A stretch of 51,136 nt of DNA from a virus (lineage: Duplodnaviria; Caudoviricetes), in the IMG/VR virus record IMGVR_UViG_3300048861_000266, positions 1-51,136 of that record. The stretch is one strand, 5' to 3'. Within the stretch, counting starts at the first letter, position 1; every line of letters begins with the position of its first letter. The notes beneath the pieces are model-generated. The model was not told where the DNA came from. It saw nothing but the letters and a program-made list of their open reading frames with translations, and made no database searches. Below, one piece after another: positions 25,607 through 35,169 of the stretch. Made by a program: the position numbers and the translations under genes.

Positions 25607-25996
25607 ATGATACGAATAGTCAGTGGCGGCACCGCTGCCAGCACCAAAGTCTTCGCCGAGGACGGCTCCGAGCTAACCGGCATTACCTGCTTCGAGGTTC
25701 TGCCCGTCCTGCCTGGCAAGCCAGTATCGGCGCGAATCACGTTTGAGGGGGTCGAGCTCGACGTGGTCGCGGATGACGGGGCAGTGCCAGGCGTTGAGGC
25801 ATGGATCGACGACCAGGGCAACGCAACGCCGTTCTGCGTGGGCAAAGCAGTAGACGTCGTTTTGAGAGCGCTGGACCTTTCGACGGCCGAGGGTAGGGAC
25901 GCCTGGGGTGCGCTAACCAAGTGGGTGCTCGCCGATGTCGGCATCTCAAAGATACATTGCGATTCAGGCGCTGATGTCCTCCGGCTGGAGGGGTAA
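25607..25996 (+). CDS. Hypothetical protein
   Basis: GGAG SD. Confidence 0.7.
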   Translation: MIRIVSGGTAASTKVFAEDGSELTGITCFEVLPVLPGKPVSARITFEGVELDVVADDGAVPGVEAWIDDQGNATPFCVGKAVDVVLRALDLSTAEGRDAWGALTKWVLADVGISKIHCDSGADVLRLEG

Positions 25997-25997
25997 C

Positions 25998-26303
25998 GTG
26001 GCCTTCTATCTCTGCATGGAAGAGGACGGACGGATGGTGCTGCGCAAGACGCGCCGCCGCTCGACCATCGCGCGAGTCGCCGGCGCGACCTGGCAAGAAG
26101 CCCGGAGCGCCGTCGATGCGCGGGAATTCGAGCACATACCTGGCCACGGTTATTTTCACCCAGGCCGAAATCACACGAAAGACCTGCGGGCGGCGATCCG
26201 TGAGGCGATGCGCGTTGCACCGCCGAGTCCGGCGATGGCCGCGTACATCGCAAATTTCGCAGAGCCATACGATTTGGCAGTACCCGCAGTCGCGATCGGC
26301 TAG
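25998..26303 (+). CDS. Hypothetical protein
   Basis: GTG start with GGAGG SD. Confidence 0.6.
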   Translation: MAFYLCMEEDGRMVLRKTRRRSTIARVAGATWQEARSAVDAREFEHIPGHGYFHPGRNHTKDLRAAIREAMRVAPPSPAMAAYIANFAEPYDLAVPAVAIG

Positions 26304-26381
26304 GCGTTAGCCATTCGCCAGTCTCCTCCTTGTGGCCCGCATGGTAATCGCGACAGGGCACCCCATTCAAAGGCAACCGCT

Positions 26382-26570
26382 ATGAACTACCAGCCCAGGA
26401 CCGCAATGGTCGTGATCGTTGACGGGAAGGAAGAGATTCGCGCCATCGACCATTTCCGGGTGCAGGGGCATCCGGTCGTTAGTGCTGTCGCGGTGCCCGT
26501 CCTCGATCGTGGCGAGGGCGTCACGGAAGTCTTGGGCGGTCCTCCGATCATATTCCGGCGAAATCGCTGA
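26382..26570 (+). CDS. Hypothetical protein
   Basis: AAAGG SD; in operon context. Confidence 0.55.
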   Translation: MNYQPRTAMVVIVDGKEEIRAIDHFRVQGHPVVSAVAVPVLDRGEGVTEVLGGPPIIFRRNR

Positions 26571-26577
26571 AAGGCGC

Positions 26578-27225
26578 ATGATGGCCAAGACGCAAGCCAC
26601 CGCAGGCCGGCCCATGCCACCCGTCGAGATCCTGGGATCGCCCGAGGACCCGGCGCTGTATATGGCCCTAACGCCGGCGCGCGAGGTTGCTGACTGGATG
26701 CGAAAGAACATCCTCGCGACTGACGGCGCGCTGCACAACCCTGACCACGCGCACCTAATGGACGCTGACCTGTGCTTTCTGTGGGCCAGCTCCGCATACG
26801 TGAAAGCCGGGCGTGGCGTGCTGGGCCAAGCCGAGCAGGTCATGTTTCGCGCCGGCGGGTGGCAGAAGGCCCGCCAGGAGCAGCAGATGCGCGAGTGGTT
26901 CGGCCGTGTGCCTGAATTCATCATCACCCTGGCCGCTGACTATTGCATGGAGTGCACGGACACCGACTTTTGCGCCCTGGTCGAACATGAGCTTTACCAC
27001 GTGGCGCAGAGTGAAGACGAGTTCGGCGCTCCCGCCTTCACGAAGGACGGCTACCCGAGGCTGGCCATCCGTGGTCATGATGTCGAAGAGTTCTTCGGCG
27101 TGGTGCGCAGGTATGGCATGTCACCCGACGTGGCGAAGCTGGTAGAGGCGGCGCGCCGGCCAGCAGAGGTATCACACGCCAGTATTGCGAGGGCGTGCGG
27201 GACGTGTCTGCTTAGGGCGGCGTAA
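26578..27225 (+). CDS. Putative phage metallopeptidase
   Basis: LVEHELYH HExxH, GHDVEEF and C-terminal CGTC; upstream of terminase. Confidence 0.85.
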   Translation: MMAKTQATAGRPMPPVEILGSPEDPALYMALTPAREVADWMRKNILATDGALHNPDHAHLMDADLCFLWASSAYVKAGRGVLGQAEQVMFRAGGWQKARQEQQMREWFGRVPEFIITLAADYCMECTDTDFCALVEHELYHVAQSEDEFGAPAFTKDGYPRLAIRGHDVEEFFGVVRRYGMSPDVAKLVEAARRPAEVSHASIARACGTCLLRAA

Positions 27226-27239
27226 GGCGCTACTGTTCT

Positions 27240-27701
27240 TCATCGCATCAGCTTACTTCCAAGGTTGGTGGTGTAAGCGGCGCCGAATCCGACAATTCCG
27301 ACCAAATTTTGGTCAAACACTCCGTGCATTTCACCGTATTGCTTGGCAGCGTATGCCGCTAGTACGCCAAAACAGAACCCCATCGGCAGGCGAAAAGCCA
27401 AGTACAGCATGTTCGCTCGCGTCGTCGGGGCCGTGGCATGTGGGCGGAGGTCTTGTGTACTGTGGTCATAAAACAGGGAAACCGTTCCAAGCATGACCCC
27501 GAATAAGCAACCGCCAACCGCCTCGTAACTCAAGTGATGGTCGCAGGCGAAGCGTACAGAAAAATAGATTAAAGCCGAGCCGAGAGCTACGCATGCAAGC
27601 TGAAGCCGCTTCCTGAGTCTCCGCTTCTTCGGCGGCAAATTCACATGGAAAACTATCCTCGGCTTCCTGAGTCCGTCAAATGTCTTAGTATTTTTGTTCA
27701 T
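27240..27701 (-). CDS. Membrane protein (antisense moron)
   Basis: Several hydrophobic segments; lower GC. Confidence 0.6.
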   Translation of the reverse strand: MNKNTKTFDGLRKPRIVFHVNLPPKKRRLRKRLQLACVALGSALIYFSVRFACDHHLSYEAVGGCLFGVMLGTVSLFYDHSTQDLRPHATAPTTRANMLYLAFRLPMGFCFGVLAAYAAKQYGEMHGVFDQNLVGIVGFGAAYTTNLGSKLMR

Positions 27702-27784
27702 GCGGTGGTAACGGCATAGGCAAATGTTTCTTTAGCGCGGGAGAGCAATCCATGCCTTGACGCTCCTTTTACGGATTTCACAAT

Positions 27785-28255
27785 ATGGCAACGCTTCGAG
27801 ACGAGGTGAAGCAATTCATCGTCCAGGCGCTGGCCTGTTATGACACGCCGACTCAGGTATCTGAGGCAGTCAAGGACGAATACGCAATAGAGGTGCCGCG
27901 CCAACAGGTAGCGGCCTATGACCCGACAAAGTACGCCGGCCGGTCGCTCAGTGCAAAGTGGCGGGTCGTTTTCGAAGACACCCGCAAGCGGTTCCGAGAG
28001 GAGACTGCTGCAATCCCGATCGCCAGCCAGGCATACCGCCTTCGCACGCTGCAGCGCATGCTGACAAGGGTCGAGGGCCGCGGCAACGTGGTGCTCGTGG
28101 CCCAACTCTTGGAGCAGGCAGCCAAGGAAGTGGGCGACATCTATGTCAACCGCCGGCAGGAAGCCCCGAAGGCGACAGGCACAGACAATCCCTTGCCTGA
28201 CTCCGAATACGTTTTAAAGCCAGACGAAGATGCTCCAGCGAACCCGATTCTCTGA
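27785..28255 (+). CDS. Terminase small subunit (DUF2280-like)
   Basis: FIVQALACYDTPTQV...LLEQAAKEVG; overlaps the large subunit. Confidence 0.88.
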   Translation: MATLRDEVKQFIVQALACYDTPTQVSEAVKDEYAIEVPRQQVAAYDPTKYAGRSLSAKWRVVFEDTRKRFREETAAIPIASQAYRLRTLQRMLTRVEGRGNVVLVAQLLEQAAKEVGDIYVNRRQEAPKATGTDNPLPDSEYVLKPDEDAPANPIL

Positions 28256-29540
28256 AGGACCGGTTGCGCTGACGCCCAAGCAGGCGAACATTTTTGTATG
28301 GGGATGGCAGAAGACAGCACGCTTCCGCGATGCGGTGTGCGGCCGGCGCTTCGGCAAGACGTTCCTCGGCAAGGCTGAGATCCGGCGTGCCGCGCGTCTC
28401 GCTGCAAAGTGGCATGTCAGCACCGAGGACGAGATCTGGTACGCCGCGCCGACGTTCAAGCAAGCCAAGCGTGTTTTCTGGCGCCGGCTGAAGCAGGCGA
28501 TACCGCCCGACTGGCGCGAGACGAAGCCGAACGAGACCGAATGCTCGATCACGCTCAAGAGCGGCCACGTTATCCGCATCGTTGGCCTTGATGCCTACGA
28601 CAACCTGCGCGGATCCGGCCTTTTCTTCGTGCTGGTCGACGAATGGGCTGATTGCCCGTGGGAAGCGTGGGAAGAAGTCCTGCGGCCGATGCTGTCGACG
28701 TGCAAATACATCGTCAACGGCGAGCTGCAGGTCGGCGGGCACGCGCTGCGCATTGGGACGCCGAAGGGCTTCAACCACTGCTACGACACTTATCGCGATG
28801 GCCAAGATGGGCGCGAGCCTGACCACAAGAGCTGGCTCTACACGTCTGTCGATGGCGGAAACGTCCCGATCGAGGAGATCGAGGCGGCGCGGCGCAAGAT
28901 GGACCCGCGCACGTTCCGCCAGGAATACGAGGCCAGCTTCGAGAATTACACCGGCGTCATCTACTACTGCTTCGATCGTCGGCTGAACGCCACGAACGAC
29001 ACAGTGCAGAAGGGCGACACCCTGCATATCGGTATGGATTTCAACGTGGCGCATATGGCTGCGGTGGTTTTCGTGATCCGCCAGGGCCTGCCACACGCCG
29101 TCGATGAGCTTACGGAGGTGTTCGATACGCCGGCCATGATCGACAAAATTAAGGCGAGGTATCCGGATCATGCGATCGCCGTCTATCCGGATGCGTCGGG
29201 CCAGGCCCGCAAGACAGTGGGTGCCAGTGAATCCGACCTGTCGCTGCTACGCAAGGCCGGGTTCACGGTGGTGGTGAACAGCACAAACCCAGCCGTCAAA
29301 GACCGTATCAACAGCTCCAACTCGATGCTCTGCAATACCTACGGCGAACGCCGGATGCTAGTCAATCTCGACAAGTGCCCGAAGTACACGATGTCGCTCG
29401 AACGGCAGATCTACGACGAGAAAGGTCAGCCAAACAAGACCGGCGGCTTCGATCACCCGAACGATGCAGCCGGCTATTTCTTGAATCAGCGGTACCCCGT
29501 CACCACGAGAACGGCCGTGCAATCTCCATTGAGAACCTAA
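28230..29540 (+). CDS. terL: Terminase large subunit
   Basis: GRRFGKT Walker A, VLVDE Walker B, GMDFN and DHPNDA nuclease motifs. Confidence 0.95.
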   Translation: MLQRTRFSEGPVALTPKQANIFVWGWQKTARFRDAVCGRRFGKTFLGKAEIRRAARLAAKWHVSTEDEIWYAAPTFKQAKRVFWRRLKQAIPPDWRETKPNETECSITLKSGHVIRIVGLDAYDNLRGSGLFFVLVDEWADCPWEAWEEVLRPMLSTCKYIVNGELQVGGHALRIGTPKGFNHCYDTYRDGQDGREPDHKSWLYTSVDGGNVPIEEIEAARRKMDPRTFRQEYEASFENYTGVIYYCFDRRLNATNDTVQKGDTLHIGMDFNVAHMAAVVFVIRQGLPHAVDELTEVFDTPAMIDKIKARYPDHAIAVYPDASGQARKTVGASESDLSLLRKAGFTVVVNSTNPAVKDRINSSNSMLCNTYGERRMLVNLDKCPKYTMSLERQIYDEKGQPNKTGGFDHPNDAAGYFLNQRYPVTTRTAVQSPLRT

Positions 29541-30980
29541 ATGTCAGATGTTTCCGCCAAATGCGCCGCAGCCGCGAACATGGAATGCGACTGGATGCTC
29601 GTGGACGACCTCATGGGCGGCACGCGGGCCATGCGCAGGGCAGGGCATCGGCACATGCCTCAATGGCCGCTTGAGCACCACGACGAGTACAAGGAACGCC
29701 TGCACGTTGCGACACTGCTGCCGGCGTATAGCGAAACCGTGGCTACGATGGCCGGCCGCGTGTTCTCGAAGCCGATCAGCGTCGGCGATGACGTGCCCGA
29801 GCCTATCGCAGATGCCATCGTGCCGAACGTGGACGCCGAAGGTCGCAACCTGCATGTTTTCGCGCAGGACTGGTTCGAGACGGCACTGAATCACGGGCTA
29901 GCCTTCGTTTTGGTCGATTTCCCCCGTAGTGAGGCAGTGCGCACCAAGGCGGAAGAGAAGGCACTCGGCCTACGACCCAACTGGATTCTCGTGCGCGCCC
30001 CGCAGGTTCTGGGCTGGCGATCCGAGCTTGCAGGCGACACCAACCGGCTAACCCAGTTCCGCTTTCGCGAATGCATCACGGTCGAGGACGGCGAGTTCGG
30101 CCACATCGAAGTTGAGCAGGTTCGCGTGCTGGAGCCGAATCGTTGCCGCCTTTATCGGCTCGGTAAGGACGGGTGGGAGATGGTGGAGGATTTTCCCACG
30201 AGTCAGGGCGTGATCCCACTAGTTCCGCTCTACACCGGGCGCACGGGCTACATGACTGCGAAACCGCCTCTCCTCGAGCTGGCGCACCTCAACGTCAAGC
30301 ATTGGCAGAGCCAGAGCGACCAGGACACCATCCTGCATACCGCGCGCGTGCCCCTGCTGGCCCGGATTGGCGTGGAGCAGACGTATGACCGGCTTTCCGG
30401 CGAGGCCGAGCCGATGAAGATCAACAAATCGATGATCGACCTTCCCTTGGGCGGCGACGTGAAGTACGTCGAGCACACGGGCGCGGCCATCAAGGCCGGC
30501 CAGGAATCGCTCAACGAACTCGAAGAGCAGATGAAGACGGCCGGCGCCAAGCTGCTCACGCAGACGGTGCTGTCGCTCTCCGAAGGCCAGTCGCAGGACG
30601 AGCAAGCCAAGGAAATCAGCCAGCTCGCCAGTATGGCCGAGGGCCTGGAGGAGGCGATCGACGCTGCACTCGCATTCACTGCGAGCTGGATGGGCCTGGG
30701 CGATAGCGGCGGGCACGTTCAACTTACGCCCGACCTTGGGCAGGACGCCGCGCCGGCAGAAAGCATGAAGGTGCTCATCACCATGAACGCGGCCGGCGTG
30801 CTGAGTTCGCAGCTCCTCTTCGAAGAGGCTAAGCGCCGCGGGCTGATCTCGGACGACGTGGACTGGGAGGAGGAGCAGCAGCGGATTAACGATCAAGCAC
30901 CGTCTGGCGGCGCGATTGCCGCGATCCTTGCCTCGGCAAAGACTGCGCCGGCCGTGCCACCGCCTAAGCAGGCGGCCTAG
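29541..30980 (+). CDS. Portal protein (DUF4055-like)
   Basis: Position and size; KPPLLELAHLNVKHWQSQSD motif. Confidence 0.9.
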   Translation: MSDVSAKCAAAANMECDWMLVDDLMGGTRAMRRAGHRHMPQWPLEHHDEYKERLHVATLLPAYSETVATMAGRVFSKPISVGDDVPEPIADAIVPNVDAEGRNLHVFAQDWFETALNHGLAFVLVDFPRSEAVRTKAEEKALGLRPNWILVRAPQVLGWRSELAGDTNRLTQFRFRECITVEDGEFGHIEVEQVRVLEPNRCRLYRLGKDGWEMVEDFPTSQGVIPLVPLYTGRTGYMTAKPPLLELAHLNVKHWQSQSDQDTILHTARVPLLARIGVEQTYDRLSGEAEPMKINKSMIDLPLGGDVKYVEHTGAAIKAGQESLNELEEQMKTAGAKLLTQTVLSLSEGQSQDEQAKEISQLASMAEGLEEAIDAALAFTASWMGLGDSGGHVQLTPDLGQDAAPAESMKVLITMNAAGVLSSQLLFEEAKRRGLISDDVDWEEEQQRINDQAPSGGAIAAILASAKTAPAVPPPKQAA

Positions 30981-30982
30981 CC

Positions 30983-32038
30983 ATGGGTGCATTCGACGAT
31001 CGACTCGCCGCGCTTCTAACCGACTTGAATCTGGACGCCCTGCGCACTGCGGCGGGCCTCCAGGGTCAGGCCGAGGCGCAGATCCGGGATTTTGTCGCGC
31101 TGGCGCAGCGCACTCTGCAGGACGCCGATCCGACGAGCAAAAAGCAGCTCGAGGCCATCATCGCCCGGTGCCTCAAGGTGCTCGATACGGGCTACGCACA
31201 GGTTTCGGCGGCGCAAGTGAGCGCGCTGCACGATCTCGCCGCCCTGTTCGCCGAAGCATCGGTGCAGATGGTCAACCGGGCTGCCGGCACCGCGCTGCTA
31301 GTCATGAAGAACGTGTTGCTGCCCGATGTCGCCGAAATGGCAGTCAAGGGCGCGCCGTCCGCCGACTGGTGGCAAGCGCAGTCGCTGACGGCCCAACATA
31401 ACTTCGCGCGCGCCGTGCGCATCGGTTTCACCGATGGGCTAACGAACGACCAAATAGCACGCGGCATTGTGGGGAAGGGACCCGGTGGCGCTTCGTTGGA
31501 GGGCCCGGGATTCCTGGACGCTTCGCTGCGTGACGCGCGAACCTTGGTGCAAACGTCGGTGCAGACGATGGCCAATTCGTCGCGCCGAGCGGTCTTTACA
31601 GCGAACGACGACATCGTGATCGGCCTGCGGCAGATCAGCACGTTGGATTCGCACACCACCGTCCAGTGCCAGGCGCGCGACCACAAACAGTGGGACATGG
31701 AAGGCAACCCGGTGGGACACAAGATTCCCTACAACGGCGGCACGCCCGTGCATTTCGGCTGCCGAAGCGTTGAGGTGCCGGTTTTGAAGCCGTTGGTCAT
31801 CGATGGCAAGGAGATCGGAGGCTTCGAGTCGAGCAGCCGGGCCAGCGCTGATGGACCGGTCTCATCGAAGCTCGACTTCGAAGCCTACCTAGACAGCAAG
31901 TCCCAGGACTGGCAGGACGAAGTGCTCGGGCCTGGCCGCGCGAAGCTGTGGCGCGACAAGAAGCTGACGCTGGCGGACCTTCTGGACATGCGCGGTCGCG
32001 AACTGACGCTGGCCCAATTGAAAGCCAAGTACCAATAG
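30983..32038 (+). CDS. Minor head protein (SPP1 gp7/Mu F-like)
   Basis: STLDSHTT..C..RD...P.HFGCRS. Confidence 0.88.
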   Translation: MGAFDDRLAALLTDLNLDALRTAAGLQGQAEAQIRDFVALAQRTLQDADPTSKKQLEAIIARCLKVLDTGYAQVSAAQVSALHDLAALFAEASVQMVNRAAGTALLVMKNVLLPDVAEMAVKGAPSADWWQAQSLTAQHNFARAVRIGFTDGLTNDQIARGIVGKGPGGASLEGPGFLDASLRDARTLVQTSVQTMANSSRRAVFTANDDIVIGLRQISTLDSHTTVQCQARDHKQWDMEGNPVGHKIPYNGGTPVHFGCRSVEVPVLKPLVIDGKEIGGFESSSRASADGPVSSKLDFEAYLDSKSQDWQDEVLGPGRAKLWRDKKLTLADLLDMRGRELTLAQLKAKYQ

Positions 32039-32055
32039 ACCTACCTTTTTCACGA

Positions 32056-32091
32056 AGCCGCCCCTGAGCAATCACGGGCGGCTTTTTTATT
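32056..32091 (+). terminator. Intrinsic terminator
   Basis: AGCCGCCC/GGGCGGCT followed by a T tract. Confidence 0.8.
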
Positions 32092-32169
32092 GCCCGTCGC
32101 ACGGATGTGCCAGGGCGAAGCGCGGCGGATACCGCACGCATGAACGGCCGGATGGCCCAAGGAACAGCA

Positions 32170-32967
32170 ATGCCCTACAAATACGACGCCGATGGACACA
32201 TCGTTCTGCAAGAGGTTGGCGGCCAGAAGCTCCCCGTATTCATCCATGCGGATAACCGCGAGGCACCCCTGGACGGCGACAGCACCATTGCTGCCATTGG
32301 CCGGCTGAACGGCGAAGCGAAGAGCCACCGGGAGCGCGCCGAGGCCGCCGAGGCGAAGTACAAGCCGTTCGAAGGCATCGAGGACGCCGAATCGGCGCGC
32401 AAAGCGCTCGATACCGTCAAGAACATCAAAGACGGCGAACTGATTACCGCCGGCAAGGTCCAGGAAATCAAAGACGCCGCGGCGAAGTCCGCTCGTGAAT
32501 CGGTCGAGGCTGCCACGCGCGCCTCCGCCGAGCGCGAAAAGACCCTCACCGACGAGGTCGGCAAGCTCACTTCCAACCTGAACGATCGGATCATCGGCGG
32601 CAGCTTTGCCACCTCGAAGTTCGTCGCCGAGAAATTGGCAATCCCCGCCGACATCGCGCAGAAGTTCTTCGGCGATCGCCTCAAGGTTGAGAACGGCAAG
32701 CTCGTTCCCCTCGACTCCAACGGGAATCCGCTGTTCTCCGCGACGCGCCACGGTGAGCACGCCGACTTCGACGAGGCGATGGAGGTCTTCGTGGGCCAAT
32801 ACCCCAACAAAGACATGATTCTCAAGGGTAACGGCGCGTCCGGTGGTGGCGCGAAGAGCGGCAATCCCGGCGCCGGCGGCAAGAAGACGATGACCCGCGC
32901 GCAGTTCGACGCGCTCGATCCCACGGCCCGTCTCGCCGCGATCAAAGACACCGCGATCACCGATTGA
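32170..32967 (+). CDS. Head scaffolding protein
   Basis: Coiled-coil protein with Gly-rich linker and MTRAQFDAL tail, directly before the capsid gene. Confidence 0.8.
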   Translation: MPYKYDADGHIVLQEVGGQKLPVFIHADNREAPLDGDSTIAAIGRLNGEAKSHRERAEAAEAKYKPFEGIEDAESARKALDTVKNIKDGELITAGKVQEIKDAAAKSARESVEAATRASAEREKTLTDEVGKLTSNLNDRIIGGSFATSKFVAEKLAIPADIAQKFFGDRLKVENGKLVPLDSNGNPLFSATRHGEHADFDEAMEVFVGQYPNKDMILKGNGASGGGAKSGNPGAGGKKTMTRAQFDALDPTARLAAIKDTAITD

Positions 32968-33067
32968 CCCAGCAGCAATTCATTTTGCCGAGACCCGGAT
33001 GGGGATCGGAGCACCGGGCCGGATAGCCCACACACAAATCCCCTCCTGACGACTCAAAGGCATCAAC

Positions 33068-34411
33068 ATGCGTAAATTTTTCACTTCTTTCCGAGCCGCA
33101 GCTTTGCTCGGACTCATGGCATCGATTGCCGCCGCCCCGGTTGCGGCTGCACGGCCGCTGCTGGCCGGGTGCGCCGACAAGTGCGTTCTGTATGCCAAGG
33201 CGTTTGGCCTCATCGGCCATGCGCACCTGTTCAACTTCATGGTCCGCCGCGGGTTGGTGATGGGCGCCAACACTCTCACGGGGCTGATTCCTACCCTGTA
33301 CGAGGCCCTGAACACGGTGTCCCGCGAAATGGTCGGGTTCATTCCGGCCGTTCGCAGCGACAGCAACGCCGAGCGCGCGGCTGTTGGCCAGGTGGTCCGG
33401 GTGCCGATTGGCGAGTCCGGCGCGCTGGAAGACATCGTGCCGGGTCAACTGCCCCCAAACACCGGGGATACGACTCCGGGCTACATCGACATGACGATCC
33501 AGTACTCCAAAGCCGCCCCGATCAAGTGGAATGGCGAAGAGCAATTGGCTGTCGGATCGACGGGAACCTTCAACAAGCTGCTTGCGGACCAGTTTTCCGA
33601 CGGGATGCGTAAGCTGGTCAACGCGGTCGAATCCGACATCGCCCTGAAAGTTATGGCCGGCGCATCGCGCGCCTACGGCACGGCTGGCACCGCGCCGTTT
33701 GGTGTCGCAGGCGATCTGAGCGACGTGGCCGGTGTCCGCCAGATCCTCGAAGACAACGGCGCCCCGTTGTCGGACCTGCAGCTGGTGCTCGGCTCGGGCG
33801 GGATGGCGAATCTGCGCGGCAAGCAATCGGTCCTATTCAAGGTGAACGAGGCGGGGTCGAGCGACATGCTGCGCAATGGCATGACCGATCGTCTGCAGGG
33901 CTTCGCGCTGCGCAATTCGGCCGGCATCGTGCGCCACACCAAGGGCACCGGAACCGCCTATGTCACCTCGGGCGCCACGGCTGGTGGCGTGGCATCGATT
34001 GTGTTGGTCACCGGCACCGGCACGTTGCTGGCGGGCGATGTCATCACGTTCGCTGCCGACCCTGATCACAAGTATGTGGTTGGTGTGGGCGTTGCTGGCC
34101 CCGGCACGGTCCTGATCAACAAGCCTGGTTCGCGGGTGCTCATCCCGACCGCGAATGCGCTGACCGTCGGTGGTGACTACACGCCGAATGCCGCCTTCGC
34201 CCGATCGGCGGTTGTGCTGGCCGCCCGCGCGCCGGCCCTCCCGCAAGACGGCGATTCCGCTGACGATCGCATGTCGCTCGTCGACCCGATGACCGGATTG
34301 GCCTTCGAGGTCTCGATCTACCGCGGCTATCGCCAGATCAAGTACGAGGTGGCCCTGGCCTGGGGCTCGGCGGTGATCAAGCCCGAGCACGTCGCATTGC
34401 TGCTTGGCTAA
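33068..34411 (+). CDS. Major capsid protein (P22-coat-like); alternative start at 33260
   Basis: ANTLTGLIP...VSREMVGFIP N-terminus and WG..VIKPEH C-terminus; followed by a terminator. Confidence 0.9.
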   Translation: MRKFFTSFRAAALLGLMASIAAAPVAAARPLLAGCADKCVLYAKAFGLIGHAHLFNFMVRRGLVMGANTLTGLIPTLYEALNTVSREMVGFIPAVRSDSNAERAAVGQVVRVPIGESGALEDIVPGQLPPNTGDTTPGYIDMTIQYSKAAPIKWNGEEQLAVGSTGTFNKLLADQFSDGMRKLVNAVESDIALKVMAGASRAYGTAGTAPFGVAGDLSDVAGVRQILEDNGAPLSDLQLVLGSGGMANLRGKQSVLFKVNEAGSSDMLRNGMTDRLQGFALRNSAGIVRHTKGTGTAYVTSGATAGGVASIVLVTGTGTLLAGDVITFAADPDHKYVVGVGVAGPGTVLINKPGSRVLIPTANALTVGGDYTPNAAFARSAVVLAARAPALPQDGDSADDRMSLVDPMTGLAFEVSIYRGYRQIKYEVALAWGSAVIKPEHVALLLG

Positions 34412-34417
34412 CGAAAT

Positions 34418-34446
34418 GTCGGGGCCTTCGGGCCCCGGCTTTATTT
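34418..34446 (+). terminator. Intrinsic terminator
   Basis: GTCGGGGCC-TTCG-GGCCCCGGC-TTTATTT. Confidence 0.85.
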
Positions 34447-34458
34447 CTGGAGATCGCG

Positions 34459-34713
34459 ATGAGCGAACAAATCGAATTGGTGCCCCTTTCCCTTGCTGGC
34501 CAGTACATCGAGGTTCACCCCGATGCCGTCCAAGCGCACGCGGCCGCTGGCTGGTGTCCTGCCGAACGCCGCCCCGTTTCGAGTGAGGCCGGCGAGTCGG
34601 TATCGGCCATGACCGTACCGCAACTCAAGGATGCCTTGGCCGCCAAGGGCATAGAAATCCCCGCCGGCGCCAAGAAGGATGAATTGCAGGCCCTGCACGA
34701 CGCAACGGAGTAA
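34459..34713 (+). CDS. HeH/LEM-like domain protein
   Basis: MTVPQLKDALAAKGIEIPAGAKKDEL. Confidence 0.75.
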   Translation: MSEQIELVPLSLAGQYIEVHPDAVQAHAAAGWCPAERRPVSSEAGESVSAMTVPQLKDALAAKGIEIPAGAKKDELQALHDATE

Positions 34714-34716
34714 GAA

Positions 34717-35169
34717 ATGGCGCTGGTCGAAGGAACAGATACTTATCTATCGGTGGCCGGCGCCGACGAATATCACGCCGGGCTGGGCCACGCGGCCTGG
34801 GCTGCCGCTGCGACCGAGGCCAAGGAAATTGCTCTGCGCGCGGCGACGCAGTACATCGATTCGCGGTACCGCTTCGTGTCGGCTGTTTTGGTGGCCAATC
34901 AGCCGCTGGAATGGCCGCGCCTCAAATATCCCTGGCCGCAAAAGCGCGTTCTCAGCGCGACGGCCGAGCTTGCATTACGCGCGCTGGCCGGGTCGCTGTA
35001 TGTCGACGTGAACGGCGCCGAGCGCATCAAGAAAGAGACGATCGGGCCGATTACGACGGAATTTGCAGAAGCGGTGAACGATGGCCAGGTGTGCTATGCC
35101 CTGGTCGATGATCTGCTTTGCCCGCTGCTCTGGGTGCGGACGACGACCGTGCGGATGGTGCGGGCATGA
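34717..35169 (+). CDS. Head-tail adaptor (DnaT-like family)
   Basis: TYLSVA.AD.Y...W...QPLEWPR...IKKETIGPITTEF. Confidence 0.8.
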   Translation: MALVEGTDTYLSVAGADEYHAGLGHAAWAAAATEAKEIALRAATQYIDSRYRFVSAVLVANQPLEWPRLKYPWPQKRVLSATAELALRALAGSLYVDVNGAERIKKETIGPITTEFAEAVNDGQVCYALVDDLLCPLLWVRTTTVRMVRA

